From Eledone cirrhosa (lineage: Eukaryota), in the NCBI GenBank assembly GCA_964016885.1, contig OZ024740.1, positions 215,388,001 through 215,452,000 of the forward strand: DNA of 64,000 nt, given 5' to 3'. The notes below the pieces were generated by a model. The model was not told the origin of the DNA, did not search any database, and worked only from the letters and a program-made list of their open reading frames with translations. Positions 27,930 to 41,604 of this stretch are shown here, piece after piece. Within the stretch, counting starts at the first letter, position 1; the number at the start of each line of letters is the position of its first letter. Position numbers and translations under genes: made by a program.

Positions 27930-29600
27930 TCATGTGGGTTTCACGTTCGGGGTTCCCACATCTTGAGGAAAGCTCTCTCGAATTTCTTTGTAGGAATCGA
28001 GCGACATTCGCACCAGAAGCAAATCTTCTGGCACGCAAAATGTGTTCAATTCAAAGATCTCCTCCTCTGTTTGGATGTCCTCGGTTCGTGCTAAGAGGGC
28101 CATCAATTTATCGTTGGCCCTTCTGACAAGCACGAAGTTTTTAATGTTTTATTGGTGTGGTTTTATTTGTTTTCGTTTTGGTGACTCTGGTGGTGTTGTT
28201 TCGGGTATATATGTGTTTGTTGTAGGTGTGGTGTCTGCAATTTCAGGTGTCTGTGTGTTTATTTGTTCTTGTGCTTGTTTAGGTTGTTTGCGTTTCAGGG
28301 ATTGTGGGGGTGGTGTTGATATTGATGTTGGTGTTGATGTTATTGGGGAAATGTTTGCGTTAGTGGTGTCTGTATTTTTTTTGTGCATGTTTTTGTGTTT
28401 TGCTGGGGCTTTTTTTTTGGTGAGTTTTCTCTTTTGATTTTTTTGGCGCTTTTGGGTTTTCCTTCAACTTCACTGCTGGAAGACAAAGGGTCTGTGGCTG
28501 TGAGTGTATCTGTGTCTGTGTGTGCATTTATTGTTTTGTCTATGTGTATAATTGGAGGGGTAGGGGGAGTGGGTGAGCTTTCCTCATTTTCCCCTTGGAT
28601 TGGTTTCGGTACTGGTGGTGGTGGTCCGACTGTTTTTGATGTTGGTGGAGTTACCCGTATCATTGTTGGTGTTGTTTTTGGTGGTGGTGGTGCAGCTTTC
28701 CGTGCTGACACTGGCGTTGGCAACAAAGGAGGTTTGCGACCCCCTGCATTTTTGAGCTGAGGACAGAAGGCTTGCAGATGCGTTGCTTCCCTGCAGACGA
28801 AGCAATGCGGCCTTCTTCCCTCAGTGATTAATTGGATTGTTGTCCCGTCCTGCAGGCGGGCAAAATCCGGTATGTTGTTGATGTCCTCTGGTTTCATTTA
28901 GAGAAGAATCTCCAAATCCATTCCGGACCAGTCTTCTCTCTGTGTCCTTTTGATATCCAGGAGGGTAGTGTCTGTCCCCTCCTCGATTACGCATCTCAGG
29001 AGCCACCATGTGTTCATTCCTGGTGGGATCCTGGGAATGCGGACATTTACTGTCCTTTTGCCCATGTAGGACAGGTGAATGATAATGCGTTCCGTTCTGC
29101 AGGGGGTCACCGAGTGGTTAATAGCAAAAGCCTCGGTTTTGAACAGTACCGAGATGGTACCGAACTGCTTGGCCCTTGCTTTGTACTCGATGTCACTTCC
29201 GATGCACTTTAAAGCAGCCTCGACCTCTGCTTGGCTGGCGAGTTCCACTTTGCGTGTCTGCACTGAAATGCATCGAAAGTATACCGTCCCCCTTTGCATG
29301 GCCGCTATTGCCCCGTCCGGGATGGTCAGGTTTGCCCAGGACTTCTCTCGTTTAACTAACCTCCACGCCTGGGCCAACTGTTGTTCCTTATCGCTAATAT
29401 CTACATTGAAGAAGCGCTTTGTTTTCGCTGCTGCCGCTGCAAAGATGGTGCCTCCGTTGCTCTTGTTGTTGGTGTTGTCGTTCTTGCTGTTGTTGTTGGC
29501 GTTGTTGTTGTTTTGTTTGTTGTTGCTGTTGCCGCCGCCATCAGTGTTTACACTGAGGCTGTCGGTGTTATTGTCGTTGTTGTTGTTGTTGTGGTGGTGG
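27930..29600 (-). pseudogene. LINE ORF1 (gag-like): RRM-like region, CCHC knuckle, Pro/Thr-rich tail
   Basis: CFVCREATHLQAFC (CX2CX4HX4C). In-frame stop near 28898 and further frameshifts; the start codon is not identifiable. Confidence 0.8.
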
Positions 29601-29684
29601 TGGTGATGTCGTTTTGAGATGGTACTGCTACTATCACAGAAGGGAGCTGTTGTGATGATAACTCTTGTGTTTTGCCTTCACATT

Positions 29685-29845
29685 CAATGCAGTTTGGAAG
29701 AGAGGCTGCTTGCAAGTGTATGGACACATGATCGTGTGCATTCTGGCAACAGCATGGAGGATGTGCGACATGACTTCACTGTAAGATTCGGCAAACCAGC
29801 TCCTCCGAAGAAGACGATACTGCGATGGGAACATTAACTGTTTCT
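29685..29845 (+). pseudogene. Tc1/mariner-like transposase N-terminal HTH fragment (DUF4817-like)
   Basis: SLEERLLASVWTH....SMEDVRHDFTVRFGKPAPPKKTILRWEH*LF. Confidence 0.7.
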
Positions 29846-29991
29846 CATTACTTTCGTTGCAGTACGATTTATACTCACTTATATTTATTGTTTAGTCTCT
29901 TCTCTATGAAATTGTTTTAATTGTTGCTATTCTTCTTTTGTTGCTGTTGCTGTTGTTGTTGTCGCTGTTGCTGATGTTGTGGTTATTGCGG

Positions 29992-30030
<39 letters not shown>

Positions 30031-30100
30031 TTGTTGTCGTTGTTGCTGATGATGTTGTTGTCGTGGTTGTTGTCGTTATTGTTGTTGAGGTTGTTGTTGC

Positions 30101-30137
<37 letters not shown>

Positions 30138-30256
30138 GCCGCTGTTGTTGTTGTGGTGGTGGTTGTTGTCGTTATTGTTGTTGTTGTCGTGGTTGTTGTT
30201 GCTGTTGTTGTTGTTAGTGTAGTAGTAGTATTAGCATTATTACTTATCCTTTTTAC

Positions 30257-30590
30257 GGCGGTGGATTGGCAGTACCAGTAGAGGGTCGGACGCCATGCTT
30301 TGCAGCATACAGTCCTTTATGATCCGAGTTCAAAACCCGCCGAGGTTAACTTTGCGTTTCATTCTTACGGGGTCGATAAAATAAAGTACCAGTAATGTAC
30401 TGGGTATTTGTTGGCCTTGTGCCAAAAGTAGAAACAATTACTTATCCTTATGTGTTCAAATTCCGCTGAGGTTAGCTTCACCTTTCTTCCTTACAGGATC
30501 GATAAAATAAAGTACCAGTAACACACTGGGTGAATGTATACGACCCCCCCCCCCAATTGTTTTCCTTGTGCCTAAATTAGAAACCATTAT
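30257..30590 (+). mobile_element. Two tandem SINE copies
   Basis: Same family as 23772. Confidence 0.85.
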
Positions 30591-30741
30591 GTTTTCATAT
30601 ATCTAGCGTACGATATGTGTTGTGCCAAGCAGTGCTATATTTTGGAATGAGTAACATGGTCAGCCTTGCTATTGTTTTATTTTCATACTTTTTGTTCCAC
30701 CGAATTATTATTGGCATAGTTTTTACTTTAGAGCATTACGA

Positions 30742-31600
30742 ATGACCAAATGAGGTCAATTGTTCAACATAGTCCCTGGAAAGAAACAATGCAGTTATTA
30801 ATAAGAAGAGTTGAAATTAATGCCAGTAAGATTTCATAGCCTTAGCATCACTCCTTCATAGACTGACCAAGATACTCTATTAAAATGACCAAATAAGGTT
30901 TATTTTTCAACATTGTCTCTGGAAAGAAACAATGCAGTTATTAATAAGAAGAGTTGAAATTAATGCCAGTAAGATTTCATAGCCTTAGCATCATTCCTTC
31001 ATAGACTGACCAAGATACTCTATTAAAATGACCAAATAAGGTTTATTTTTCAACATTGTCTCTGGAAAGAAACAATGCAGTTATTAATAAGATGAGTTGA
31101 AATTAATGCCAGTAAGATTTCATAGCCTTAGCATCACTCCTTCATAGGCTGACCAAAATACTCTCATAAAATGACCAAATAAGGTTTATTTTTCAACATT
31201 GTCTCTGGAAAGAAACAATGCAGTTATTAATAAGAAGAGTTGAAATTAATGTATGCAAACTTTCACAGCTCTAGCATCACTCCTTCATAGACTGACCAAG
31301 ATACTCTCCTAAAATGACCAAATAAGGTTTATTTTTCAACATCGTCTCTGGAAAGAAACAATGCAGTTATTAATAAGATGAGTTGAAATTAATGTATGCA
31401 AACTTTCACAGCTCTAGCATCACTCCTTCATAGACTGACCAAGATACTCTCCTAAAATGACCAAATAAGGTTTATTTTTCAACATTGTCTTTGGAAAGAA
31501 ACAATGCAGTTATTAATAAGATGAGTTGAAATTAATGCCTGTAAGATTTCACAGCTCTAACATCACTCCTTCATAGAGAGCCTATGAACTTTTCAGCGCA
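30742..31600. repeat. 143-bp tandem array (6 units) derived from the mariner MITE interior
   Basis: Marker gaaacaatgcag at 30783, 30926, 31069, 31212, 31355 and 31498; ends in the TIR-like gcctatgaacttttcagcgcac. Confidence 0.9.
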
Positions 31601-31789
31601 CTTTCGAACTACATGAAATAATTTCAACACAGAGGATTGCGTGTTTGATTGTTCGGATATACAAGAACATAAAAGAACAGAGATGTATGGCTGAATAAAA
31701 ATATGAACGTAGGTAATGCTGGCTTATAGATGTGTTTGTGTACGTAGAGATTAAGAAAGTTACGAGTGCATGGATAAGACTGAGTGTAT

Positions 31790-31820
<31 letters not shown>

Positions 31821-32139
31821 GGTAGCGAGGGTTAGTGGGGGAGAATGCTAGGATACACAGATTCCATACATGAGTAGATAGAGATTTGCGAGAATAGTAA
31901 AATAGACACACATACGCACACGTTCACACACACACAGACACACACAGACACACACAGACACACAGAGACACACACACAAACACATACACATACACACAGA
32001 CACACACACACACACATACACACACACGCACGCACATACACACACACATACACACATACGCACACACTCACACATACACACACACACACAGATATGCACG
32101 CACTCACGCACACACACAGACACACACGCACACGCAGGG

Positions 32140-33178
32140 TGATAATGGTTTCTTATATAGGCACAAAGCCAGCAATTCGGTGGGGGAAGGGAAAGTCGAT
32201 TAAATCGACCCCAGAGCGTGCCTGGTACTTTATTTTATCGACCCCATAAGGATGAAAGGCAAAGTTGACCTCGGCGGGATTTGAACTCAGAACGTAAAGG
32301 GACGTAACTCTATGCCACAAAGCATATTGTTCGACGCTAATAATTGTTTCTACTTTTGGCACAAGGCCAGCAATTACCCAGTACATTACTGGTACTTTAT
32401 TTTATCGACCCCATAAGGATGAAAGGCAAAGTTAACCTCGGCGGGATTTGAACTCAGAATGACAAGGGCCGTAACTCTATACGTCAAAGCATGGCGTCCG
32501 ACCCTCTACCGATACTGCCAATCCACCGCCCATTCGACGCTAATAATAATAATTGTTTCTAATTTCGGTATAACGCCAGCAAATTTCTTATTCTTTTGGT
32601 GGATGGCAAAGTTGATTAAATCGACCTCAGTATGTAACTGGTATTTCTCTTATCGAGCCCTGAAAGATGAAAGATACAGTTGACTTCGGTAGGAACTCAG
32701 AATGTAAAGGGCCAGACCAAATACCACAATTATATTTTATCCAACGCTCTACCAATTCTGCCAATCATCACCCTGACAGTAAAAATAATGGTTCCCACTA
32801 TAGGCCAGCAATTTGAAGGGAAGAGGATCCCATTGAACCCAGTGCATTACTGGTACTTTATTTCATCGACATCGTAAGGATGAAAGGCAAAGCTAACCTC
32901 GATGGAATTCGAACTCAGAATGTAAAGGGTCATAACTCTATGCCACAAAGTATATTGCTCGACGCTCTACCAATACTGCCCTGACAATAATAATTGTTTC
33001 TACTTTTGGCACAAGGCCAGCAACCATCCCATTGTATTACTGGTACTTTATTCTATCGACCCCGTAAGGATGAAAGGCAAAGTTAGCCTCGGCAGGATTT
33101 GAACTCTGAACGTAAAGGGCCGTAACTCTATGCTGCAAAGCATGGCGTCAGACCCTCTACCGATACTGCCAATCCACC
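32140..33178 (-). mobile_element. Five nested or tandem SINE copies
   Basis: Repeated ggtactttattttatcgaccc..ggatgaaaggcaaagttaacctcggc..tttgaactcag. Confidence 0.88.
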
Positions 33179-33444
33179 AACAACAATAATGTTAATAATG
33201 ATCTCTTTATTGGCTACACATGAATGGAAATAGAAGACATAATGACAATAATGGCTACCAGATATAAATATATACTCAAAGACAACAGACATGCGCATGC
33301 GCACATGCACATACTAAACACTGCAGCCAAGAAAAATGTGAAGTAAATTTGAGGCTAAGACGGAAAGGAGACGAAGAGAACAAAACATCGTCGATGAGAA
33401 AGTGTGATGAATGATCACTGACAATTAATTAATTAGTCAATTGG

Positions 33445-33630
33445 ATGGTGAATTGGCAGTATCGGTAGAGGGTTGGACGCCATGCTTTCTAGCATAGTTA
33501 CGTCCCTTTACAGTCTGAGTTCAAATCCCGCCGAGGTAAACTTTGCCTTTCATCCTTACGGGGTCGATAAAATAAAGTACCAGTAATGTACTGGGTATTT
33601 GATGGCCTTGTGCCTAAAGTAGAAACAATT
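33445..33630 (+). mobile_element. SINE with long TSD
   Basis: acaattaattaattagtcaattgg at 33421-33444 and 33625-33648 (the second overlaps the SINE tail). Confidence 0.9.
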
Positions 33631-33821
33631 AATTAATTAGTCAATTGGTTGATTAACCCAACTGGAGTATGGATTAATTACTGGAGTAATTATAGAAGCT
33701 GAAGTGAAACACAACCGGTGCGGGTGTTTTAATTGTCAGCATGACCCATCCAACGTAAAACAATATGTTTCAACATACGATTTCACATGAACAATTTTGC
33801 CAAACAAATACAAAAACTATG

Positions 33822-33869
<48 letters not shown>

Positions 33870-33898
33870 TATACATATATATCTATATCTATGTATAT

Positions 33899-34430
33899 AT
33901 AAAGTTAAATAAAAGTCAAATGATGAAAATTTAGCTTCGTTTATTACTGCTATATATATTTCAGTGACAGCCATCTTTGGCTGTGACCTCTTCAGGCAGT
34001 TTGAATTAGTATGGTATAGACAAGTACATATGTTGTTTAGGTGTATAATATTGTCAATACTCTGATATGACCAGTTCCTTGTTTGGTTGTTAATTCACTG
34101 AGGAACTGGAGTCATATGACTCCAGTTCCTCAGTGAATTAACAACCAAACAAGGAACTGGGCATATCAATATTATCAATATTATACACCTAAACAACATA
34201 TGTACTTGTCTATACCATACTAATTCAAACTGCCTGAAGAGGTCACAGCCAAAGATGGCTGTCACTGAAATATATATAGCAGTAATAAACGAAGCTAAAT
34301 TTTAATCATTTGACTTTTATTTAACTTTATTTTACACTACTCCGGAGTAACCAAACCAACCTGCGCACTTCGTCGAGTGCTCCAGCCTGCATACTGAGGT
34401 GGTGGTATACAACCAACATAAACTCAAAAT
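33899..34430 (+). mobile_element. Spacerless ~430-bp palindromic pLTR element with two HHRs
   Basis: Axis in gtcatatgac (34111-34120); arms of ~215 bp are nearly identical. Confidence 0.85.
34230..34282 (+). ncRNA. Type I hammerhead ribozyme (mirror copy on - strand 33947-33999)
   Basis: ctgc-CTGAAGA-ggtcacagccaaagatggctgtcact-GAAA-tatatata-gcag, then AATAAA. Confidence 0.85.
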
Positions 34431-34484
34431 CTATGTATATATATATATAATATACATTTATATATATATATTTGTGTGTGTGTG

Positions 34485-34520
<36 letters not shown>

Positions 34521-34899
34521 CACATATATATATATGTGTGTGTGTGTATACATGCACATACACACTCACATAAACACATATACATTCAAACACTCACACA
34601 CGTACAGTCATATGTCATATCCATGCATATATGCAGATGCGTGCGTATAAAAATCCATACATGTTAACATAATTATATATAGCATCAATTGAAGTTAATC
34701 TCACCATACATCTATATATATGCATTAATACGTGTGTAGTTCCTCTTTATATATGTGAACATGCGTGTATATCGAGTATGTGTGCGTACTTACACGCGTA
34801 TCGTTGTATGTAGCACACACGTTACATACCTATATATACATATACACACACATATATATATATGCATATATACATACCTACATATATATATATATATAT

Positions 34900-35092
<193 letters not shown>

Positions 35093-35096
35093 TATA

Positions 35097-35198
35097 TACG
35101 GGGAGTCCCCAAAAATGTATACACAATTCAACAGCATTCTAATAAATATTGCCTGTACTGGTAATCAAAGTGTGTATACATTTTTGGGACACCCTGTA
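35097..35198. mobile_element. Tc1/mariner MITE (~100 bp) with TA TSD
   Basis: TIRs cggggagtccccaaaaatgtatacaca / tgtgtatacatttttgggacaccctg. Confidence 0.85.
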
Positions 35199-35234
35199 TA
35201 TATGTATATATATATATATATATGTGTGTATGTG

Positions 35235-35265
<31 letters not shown>

Positions 35266-35412
35266 GTTATATATATATATATATGTTCAGATTTATCCGC
35301 TTACCTTTGAAAACTTGCTTGCAGGCATAGCACGAACTCGCGCCCGACCACACTCACACGGACAGACCTATACACACACATACACACATTCTTTATATAG
35401 AAATAGTTTACC

Positions 35413-35455
<43 letters not shown>

Positions 35456-35718
35456 ACACACACACACAGATATATATTCTATATATAGACATGTACAAAC
35501 ATATATTCTCTAACGTAGGAACCCATACTCTCCATAAACTCAATTATTGTGCAAATATTACACCACACACTCATACACTCTCGCCATGCAAAGACACACA
35601 CACATATAAGTGTACATATATATTTTACATATCTCTCTCTGTCTCTCTGTTTCTCTCTCTCTATCTCTATCTCTTGCTCTCTCTCTCTTCCTCTCTCTCT
35701 CTCCCGCCCTCTCTCTCT

Positions 35719-35802
<84 letters not shown>

Positions 35803-35853
35803 GGGGGGGAGAGAGAGAGGGCGGGAGAGAGAGAGAGGAAGAGAGAGAGAGCA

Positions 35854-35949
<96 letters not shown>

Positions 35950-36016
35950 TACACAGAAACACAGAAACACACGGACACACATATATACATATATAAATAC
36001 ATATATATATAATATA

Positions 36017-36061
<45 letters not shown>

Positions 36062-36101
36062 ATGTATGTATGGTGTGCATGTATGGATATACACACATAG
36101 T

Positions 36102-36181
<80 letters not shown>

Positions 36182-36517
36182 CACAATACATACGTCCATA
36201 TATAATACATACATATATCCATACATAATACACACATACATACATTTATACATACATACACACAATACATACACACATACATCTACACATACATACATAT
36301 ATACATAGAACCATACATACACACATACATATATACATATATACATACATGCATCCATACATAAAAACATACCTGCGTACATACATAAATACATACGTAC
36401 ACACATACATACATACATACATATATGCACACATATATACACACACACACTCACACACACATACATACAAACATACATACGTACATACATACATATATAC
36501 ATAAATATATACATACA

Positions 36518-36551
<34 letters not shown>

Positions 36552-36907
36552 CATAAATATATACATACACACACACATACATACAAACACACATACATAC
36601 ATACATACAAAGAGAAACATACCAACTGAAATACTGTGTAAATATCGATCCAGTTTTCTATATTCTATATTCTATATTCCCTGCAACTTGTGATGATTCC
36701 ACGAAATATTAGTCGAGCTAGCCGCACTCAGTAAAGTAATTTTCTGAAACATGGATGTCTGCCTTTTAAATTATTAACAGAAATAATCTCCGGAGATTTT
36801 CTGCTTCCCAGAAAGCTTTACTTGCACGAAAATATCTGACGTTGGTTTATTGCTGCAAATGGCGGCTAACGAAACTCTCGAGAAAAAGAATATATATATA
36901 TATATGT

Positions 36908-36941
<34 letters not shown>

Positions 36942-36962
36942 TTGACTAGCGAAGAAGTTTAT

Positions 36963-37017
<55 letters not shown>

Positions 37018-37211
37018 GCATACATGCATATATGTATGCATGTATGTATGTATGCGTGTGCGTGAGTGTGAACAAATGCGTATATGCATGTATGTGCATA
37101 CATACATAATACATACATACATACATAATACATACATACATACACCTATACATAACAAACACGTACATATATATATGTATAGAGAGAGCGAGAGAGAGAG
37201 AGAGAGAGAAC

Positions 37212-37294
<83 letters not shown>

Positions 37295-37369
37295 TGTGTG
37301 TGTGTGTAGAATGTCTTAGCAATTTAAATTTCTTATTCATCTAATAATCTGTTATGATGTATTGTTCAG

Positions 37370-39109
37370 GAATAAAAGCCTTGTCGAGGGTAGCACCATT
37401 GTACAAGAATAAGGCCATCCTTACCGAGGGTAGCACCATTGTACAAGAATAAGGCCAGCCTTACCGAGGGTAGCACCATTGTACAAGAATAAGGCCATCC
37501 TTACCGAGGGTAGTACCATTGTACAAGAATAAAGCCATCCTTACCGAGGGTAGCACCATTGTACAAGAATAAGGCCATCCTTACCGAGGGTAGCACCATT
37601 GTACAAGAATAAAGCCATCCTTACCGAGGGTAGCACCATTGTACAAGAATAAGGCCATCCTTACCGAGGGTAGTACCATTGTACAAGAATAAAGCCATCC
37701 TTACCGAGGGTAGCACCATTGTACAAGAATAAAGCCATCCTTACCGAGGGTAGCACCATTGTACAAGAATAAAGCCATCCTTACCGAGGGTAGCACCATT
37801 GTACAAGAATAAGGCCATCCTTACCGAGGGTAGTACCATTGTACAAGAATAAGGCCATCCTTACCGAGGGTAGTACCATTGTACAAGAATAAGGCCATCC
37901 TTACCGAGGGTAGCACCATTGTACAAGAATAAGGCCATCCTTACCGAGGGTAGCACCATTGTACAAGAATAAAGCCATCCTTACCGAGGGTAGCACCATT
38001 GTACAAGAATAAAGCCATCCTTACCGAGGGTAGCACCATTGTACAAGAATAAGGCCATCCTTACCGAGGGTAGTACCATTGTACAAGAATAAAGCCATCC
38101 TTACCGAGGGTAGCACCATTGTACAAGAATAAAGCCATACTTACCGAGGGTAGCACCATTGTACAAGAATAAAGCCATCCTTACCGAGGGTAGCACCATT
38201 GTACAAGAATAAAGCCATCCTTACCGAGGGTAGCACCATTGTACAAGAATAAGGTCAGCCTTACCGAGGGTAGTACCATTGTACAAGAATAAGGCCATCC
38301 TTACCGAGGGTAGTACCATTGTACAAGAATAAGGCCATCCTTACCGAGGGTAGTACCATTGTACAAGAATAAGGCCATCCTTACCGAGGGTAGTACCATT
38401 GTACAAGAATAAGGCCATCCTTACCAAGGGTAGCACCATTGTACAAGAATAAGGCCATCCTTACCGAGGGTAGCACCATTGTACAAGAATAAGGCCATCC
38501 TTACCGAGGGTAGCACCATTGTACAAGAATAAAGCCATCCTTACCGAGGGTAGCACCATTGTACAAGAATAAAGCCATCCTTACCGAGGGTAGCACCATT
38601 GTACAAGAATAAGGCCATCCTTACCAAGAGTAGCACCATTGTACAAGAATAAGGCCATCCTTACCAAGGGTAGCACCATTGTACAAGAATAAGGCCATCC
38701 TTACCGAGGGTAGCACCATTGTACAAGAATAAGGCCATCCTTACCAAGAGTAGCACCATTGTACAAGAATAAGGCCATCCTTACCGAGGGTAGCACCATT
38801 GTACAAGAATAAGGCCATCCTTACCGAGGGTAGCACCATTGTACAAGAATAAGGCCATCCTTACCGAGGGTAGCACCATTGTACAAGAATGAGGCCATCC
38901 TTACCAAGGGTAGCACCATTGTACAAGAATAAGGTCATCCTTACCAAGGGTAGCACCATTGTACAATAATAAGGTCATCCTTACCGAGGGTAGCACCATT
39001 GTACAAGAATAAGGTCAGCCTTACCGAGGGTAGCACCATTGTACAAGAATAAGGTCATCCTTACCGAGGGTAGCACCATTGTACAAGAATAAGGCCATCC
39101 TTACCGAGG
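37370..39109. repeat. 40-bp minisatellite, about 43 copies
   Basis: ttaccgagggtagcaccattgtacaagaataaggccatcc with a few recurrent variants and no spacers. Confidence 0.97.
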
Positions 39110-39344
39110 TAAATAGTTTTATGGAGGAAAGTTTTGTCTCACCAAATCCCATACAAGTCTCGCGTCCATAATTGTAGAAAGTTTTCCCGAGAAACTTTTC
39201 TCTACTGTAATAAATCAAAATACAGCTTTTTGAAATCATCCACAATAAACATTTTTAAAGATGCACAATGTTAATCATATTATACATTTCAATTTTAACA
39301 TGGATTTCATCACTTTTAATGAAAGGCAGTTCAGTTTTTCAGTA

Positions 39345-39389
<45 letters not shown>

Positions 39390-39682
39390 AGAGTATGTAC
39401 ATAGAATCATTTGATAAAATATATATAGTATTTCCTCTCCCAATCAGCAACATCAACCACATAAAAACTCAATTAAACGAGGCTATAAGTTTAAAATGTA
39501 CCTATGAAGAAACAATATAGATAAATAAATGATAGCTATTTTATCTGCGATCCACAGCCACAGAAGATTTATCTAGTATTTCTGATAGCCTGTAGAAATT
39601 GACTAGACATATAGTTAACCATACACAATTAGGTACAAAATCAAAGTTAGAAGAAAAAATGTACATAAACGTACCAAATTTA

Positions 39683-39767
39683 TGTTTCTACCCCCGGGGA
39701 TTTCATTCGCTTTTTGGAAATATCCGATCATGGATAAATCAACGAGTTTCGAAATCATCAGGAAACA
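39683..39767 (-). ncRNA. Type I hammerhead ribozyme
   Basis: tgtttc-CTGATGA-tttcg...cgaat-GAAA-tccccgggggta-gaaaca: 6-bp stem I, near-palindromic stem III, GUA triplet. Confidence 0.75.
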
Positions 39768-40273
39768 AACTCAATTGAACAAAGATTTTTCTTAAATGAT
39801 CCCCGCCAGAAACGAATTCAAAATGGCTAAGAATTGTCACATGGCCAGTGGTCAAGTTAGAAAGCTTGTGATTGGTGCCTGACTGCGAGTAGGCTGGTTG
39901 CTAGAAAGCGCAGCCGAATACTGCCTAAAGTTTTACTCAACCTTACGGGAGTATATAAAATATGGAGGTTTACATATACATAAACTAGACAGAGCCATAG
40001 ATATATATATGTTTATTGCAACCATTCACGGTGTGGCTCAATGACGAATTAATTAATTAAATAATCAACAATCAGAGCAATATATAAGAGAGTAAGTCCA
40101 TATATATATATAAATAAATGGAAACTATATTTATAAAACCATATTTATTCTATTATATATATTTCAAGGGTACCAAAACTTTGGTACGCACTTATCAGAT
40201 AAAATACAAAGTTTGTTTTATAAATATTGACTATATATTTGTTGAATTACCAACAAATTAAATATCCCTTTTG

Positions 40274-40350
<77 letters not shown>

Positions 40351-40351
40351 T

Positions 40352-41308
40352 TAAGGTATAGTACTAGGAAAAACAAACGACTAGAGGAGGAAAATTTAGA
40401 GTCCGTTCTTTAACATATGTTTCTATACAACATCAGTCTATCAATCTACGAGCGCTGATTGCATTGGATTGGCAGTATCGGTAGAGAGTCAGACGCTATG
40501 CTTTCCAGCACAGTTACGTCCCTTTACGGACTGAGTTCAAATCCCGCCGAGGTTAACTTTGCCTTTCATCCTTTCGGGGTCGATAAAATAAAGTACCAGT
40601 AATGTACTGGGTAATTTAATAGCTGGCCTTGTGCCCAAAGTAGAAACAATTATTATACTCAATCGAAGGCGGTGGATTGGCAGTATCGGTAGAGGGTCGG
40701 ACGCCATTCTTTGCAGCATAGAGTTGTGCCACTTTACGGTCTGAGTTCAAATCCCGCCGAGGTCAACTTTGCCTTTTATCCTTACGGGGCCGATAAAATA
40801 AACCACCAGTAATGTACTGGGATAATTACTGGTCTTGTGCTAAAAATAGAAACAATTATTATGCTCAATCACTAGCATTACATAAAATATTGCACTTCAT
40901 TAGAAAGATGAAGCTAACTTGCCTTTAGGTCTGAGTTGATAGCGGTAAGAAAATCCTTACTGCAAGATGCAGCGACCTCACCTCGAACTATGGACGCTTT
41001 CTGATGAAGTGCAGTATTTTATGTAATGCTAGCGATTGAGCATAATTGTTTCTACTTTTGGCACAAGGTCAGCAATTATCCCAGTACATTACTGGTACTT
41101 TATTTTATCGACCCCGTAAGGATGAAATGCAAAGTTAACCTCGGCGGGATTTGAACTCAGACTGTAAAGGGACGTAACTATGTTGGAAAGCATAGCGCCC
41201 GACCCTCTACCGATACTGCCAATCCACCGATAATATGCAATTAGCGCTCGTAGACTGATATTGTACTGAAACATATGTTAAAGAACGGACTCTTAGTACT
41301 GTACCTTC
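40352..41308. mobile_element. ~950-bp foldback pLTR element with SINE copies embedded in both arms
   Basis: gagtccgttctttaacatatgtttc..SINE,SINE..gcacttcattagaaag is inverted as ctttctgatgaagtgc..SINE..gaaacatatgttaaagaacggactc. Confidence 0.8.
40997..41283 (+). ncRNA. Hammerhead ribozyme whose stem II loop contains a SINE
   Basis: cttt-CTGATGA (41001)-agtgcagtat...atattgtact-GAAA (41268)-catatgtt-aaag. Confidence 0.72.
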
Positions 41309-41477
41309 AAATGTATAATTACACCGTGATCTTCCCCTTGGATACTGTACATTGAACTGTTACCGTACCCCCTGCAAGGACCATGTCGAGAAAAATACTT
41401 TGGTAAGAAATCTTCCTTGTTTACTTTGTTTGCACATTGATTCACAAAAACAAATTTTAACCTTACATATCTTCGTA

Positions 41478-41604
<127 letters not shown>

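Larger units (their letters stand above)
24270..29610 (-). mobile_element. Near full-length Tx1/L1-type LINE, inactivated
   Basis: ORF1 with CCHC knuckle, ORF2 with APE, RT and zinc finger, 3' UTR with AATAAA and an (ATT) tail; several frameshifts. Confidence 0.93.

Noticed and set aside
37370-39109. CRISPR-like regular array
   Set aside because: No unique spacers, no cas genes, eukaryotic context.
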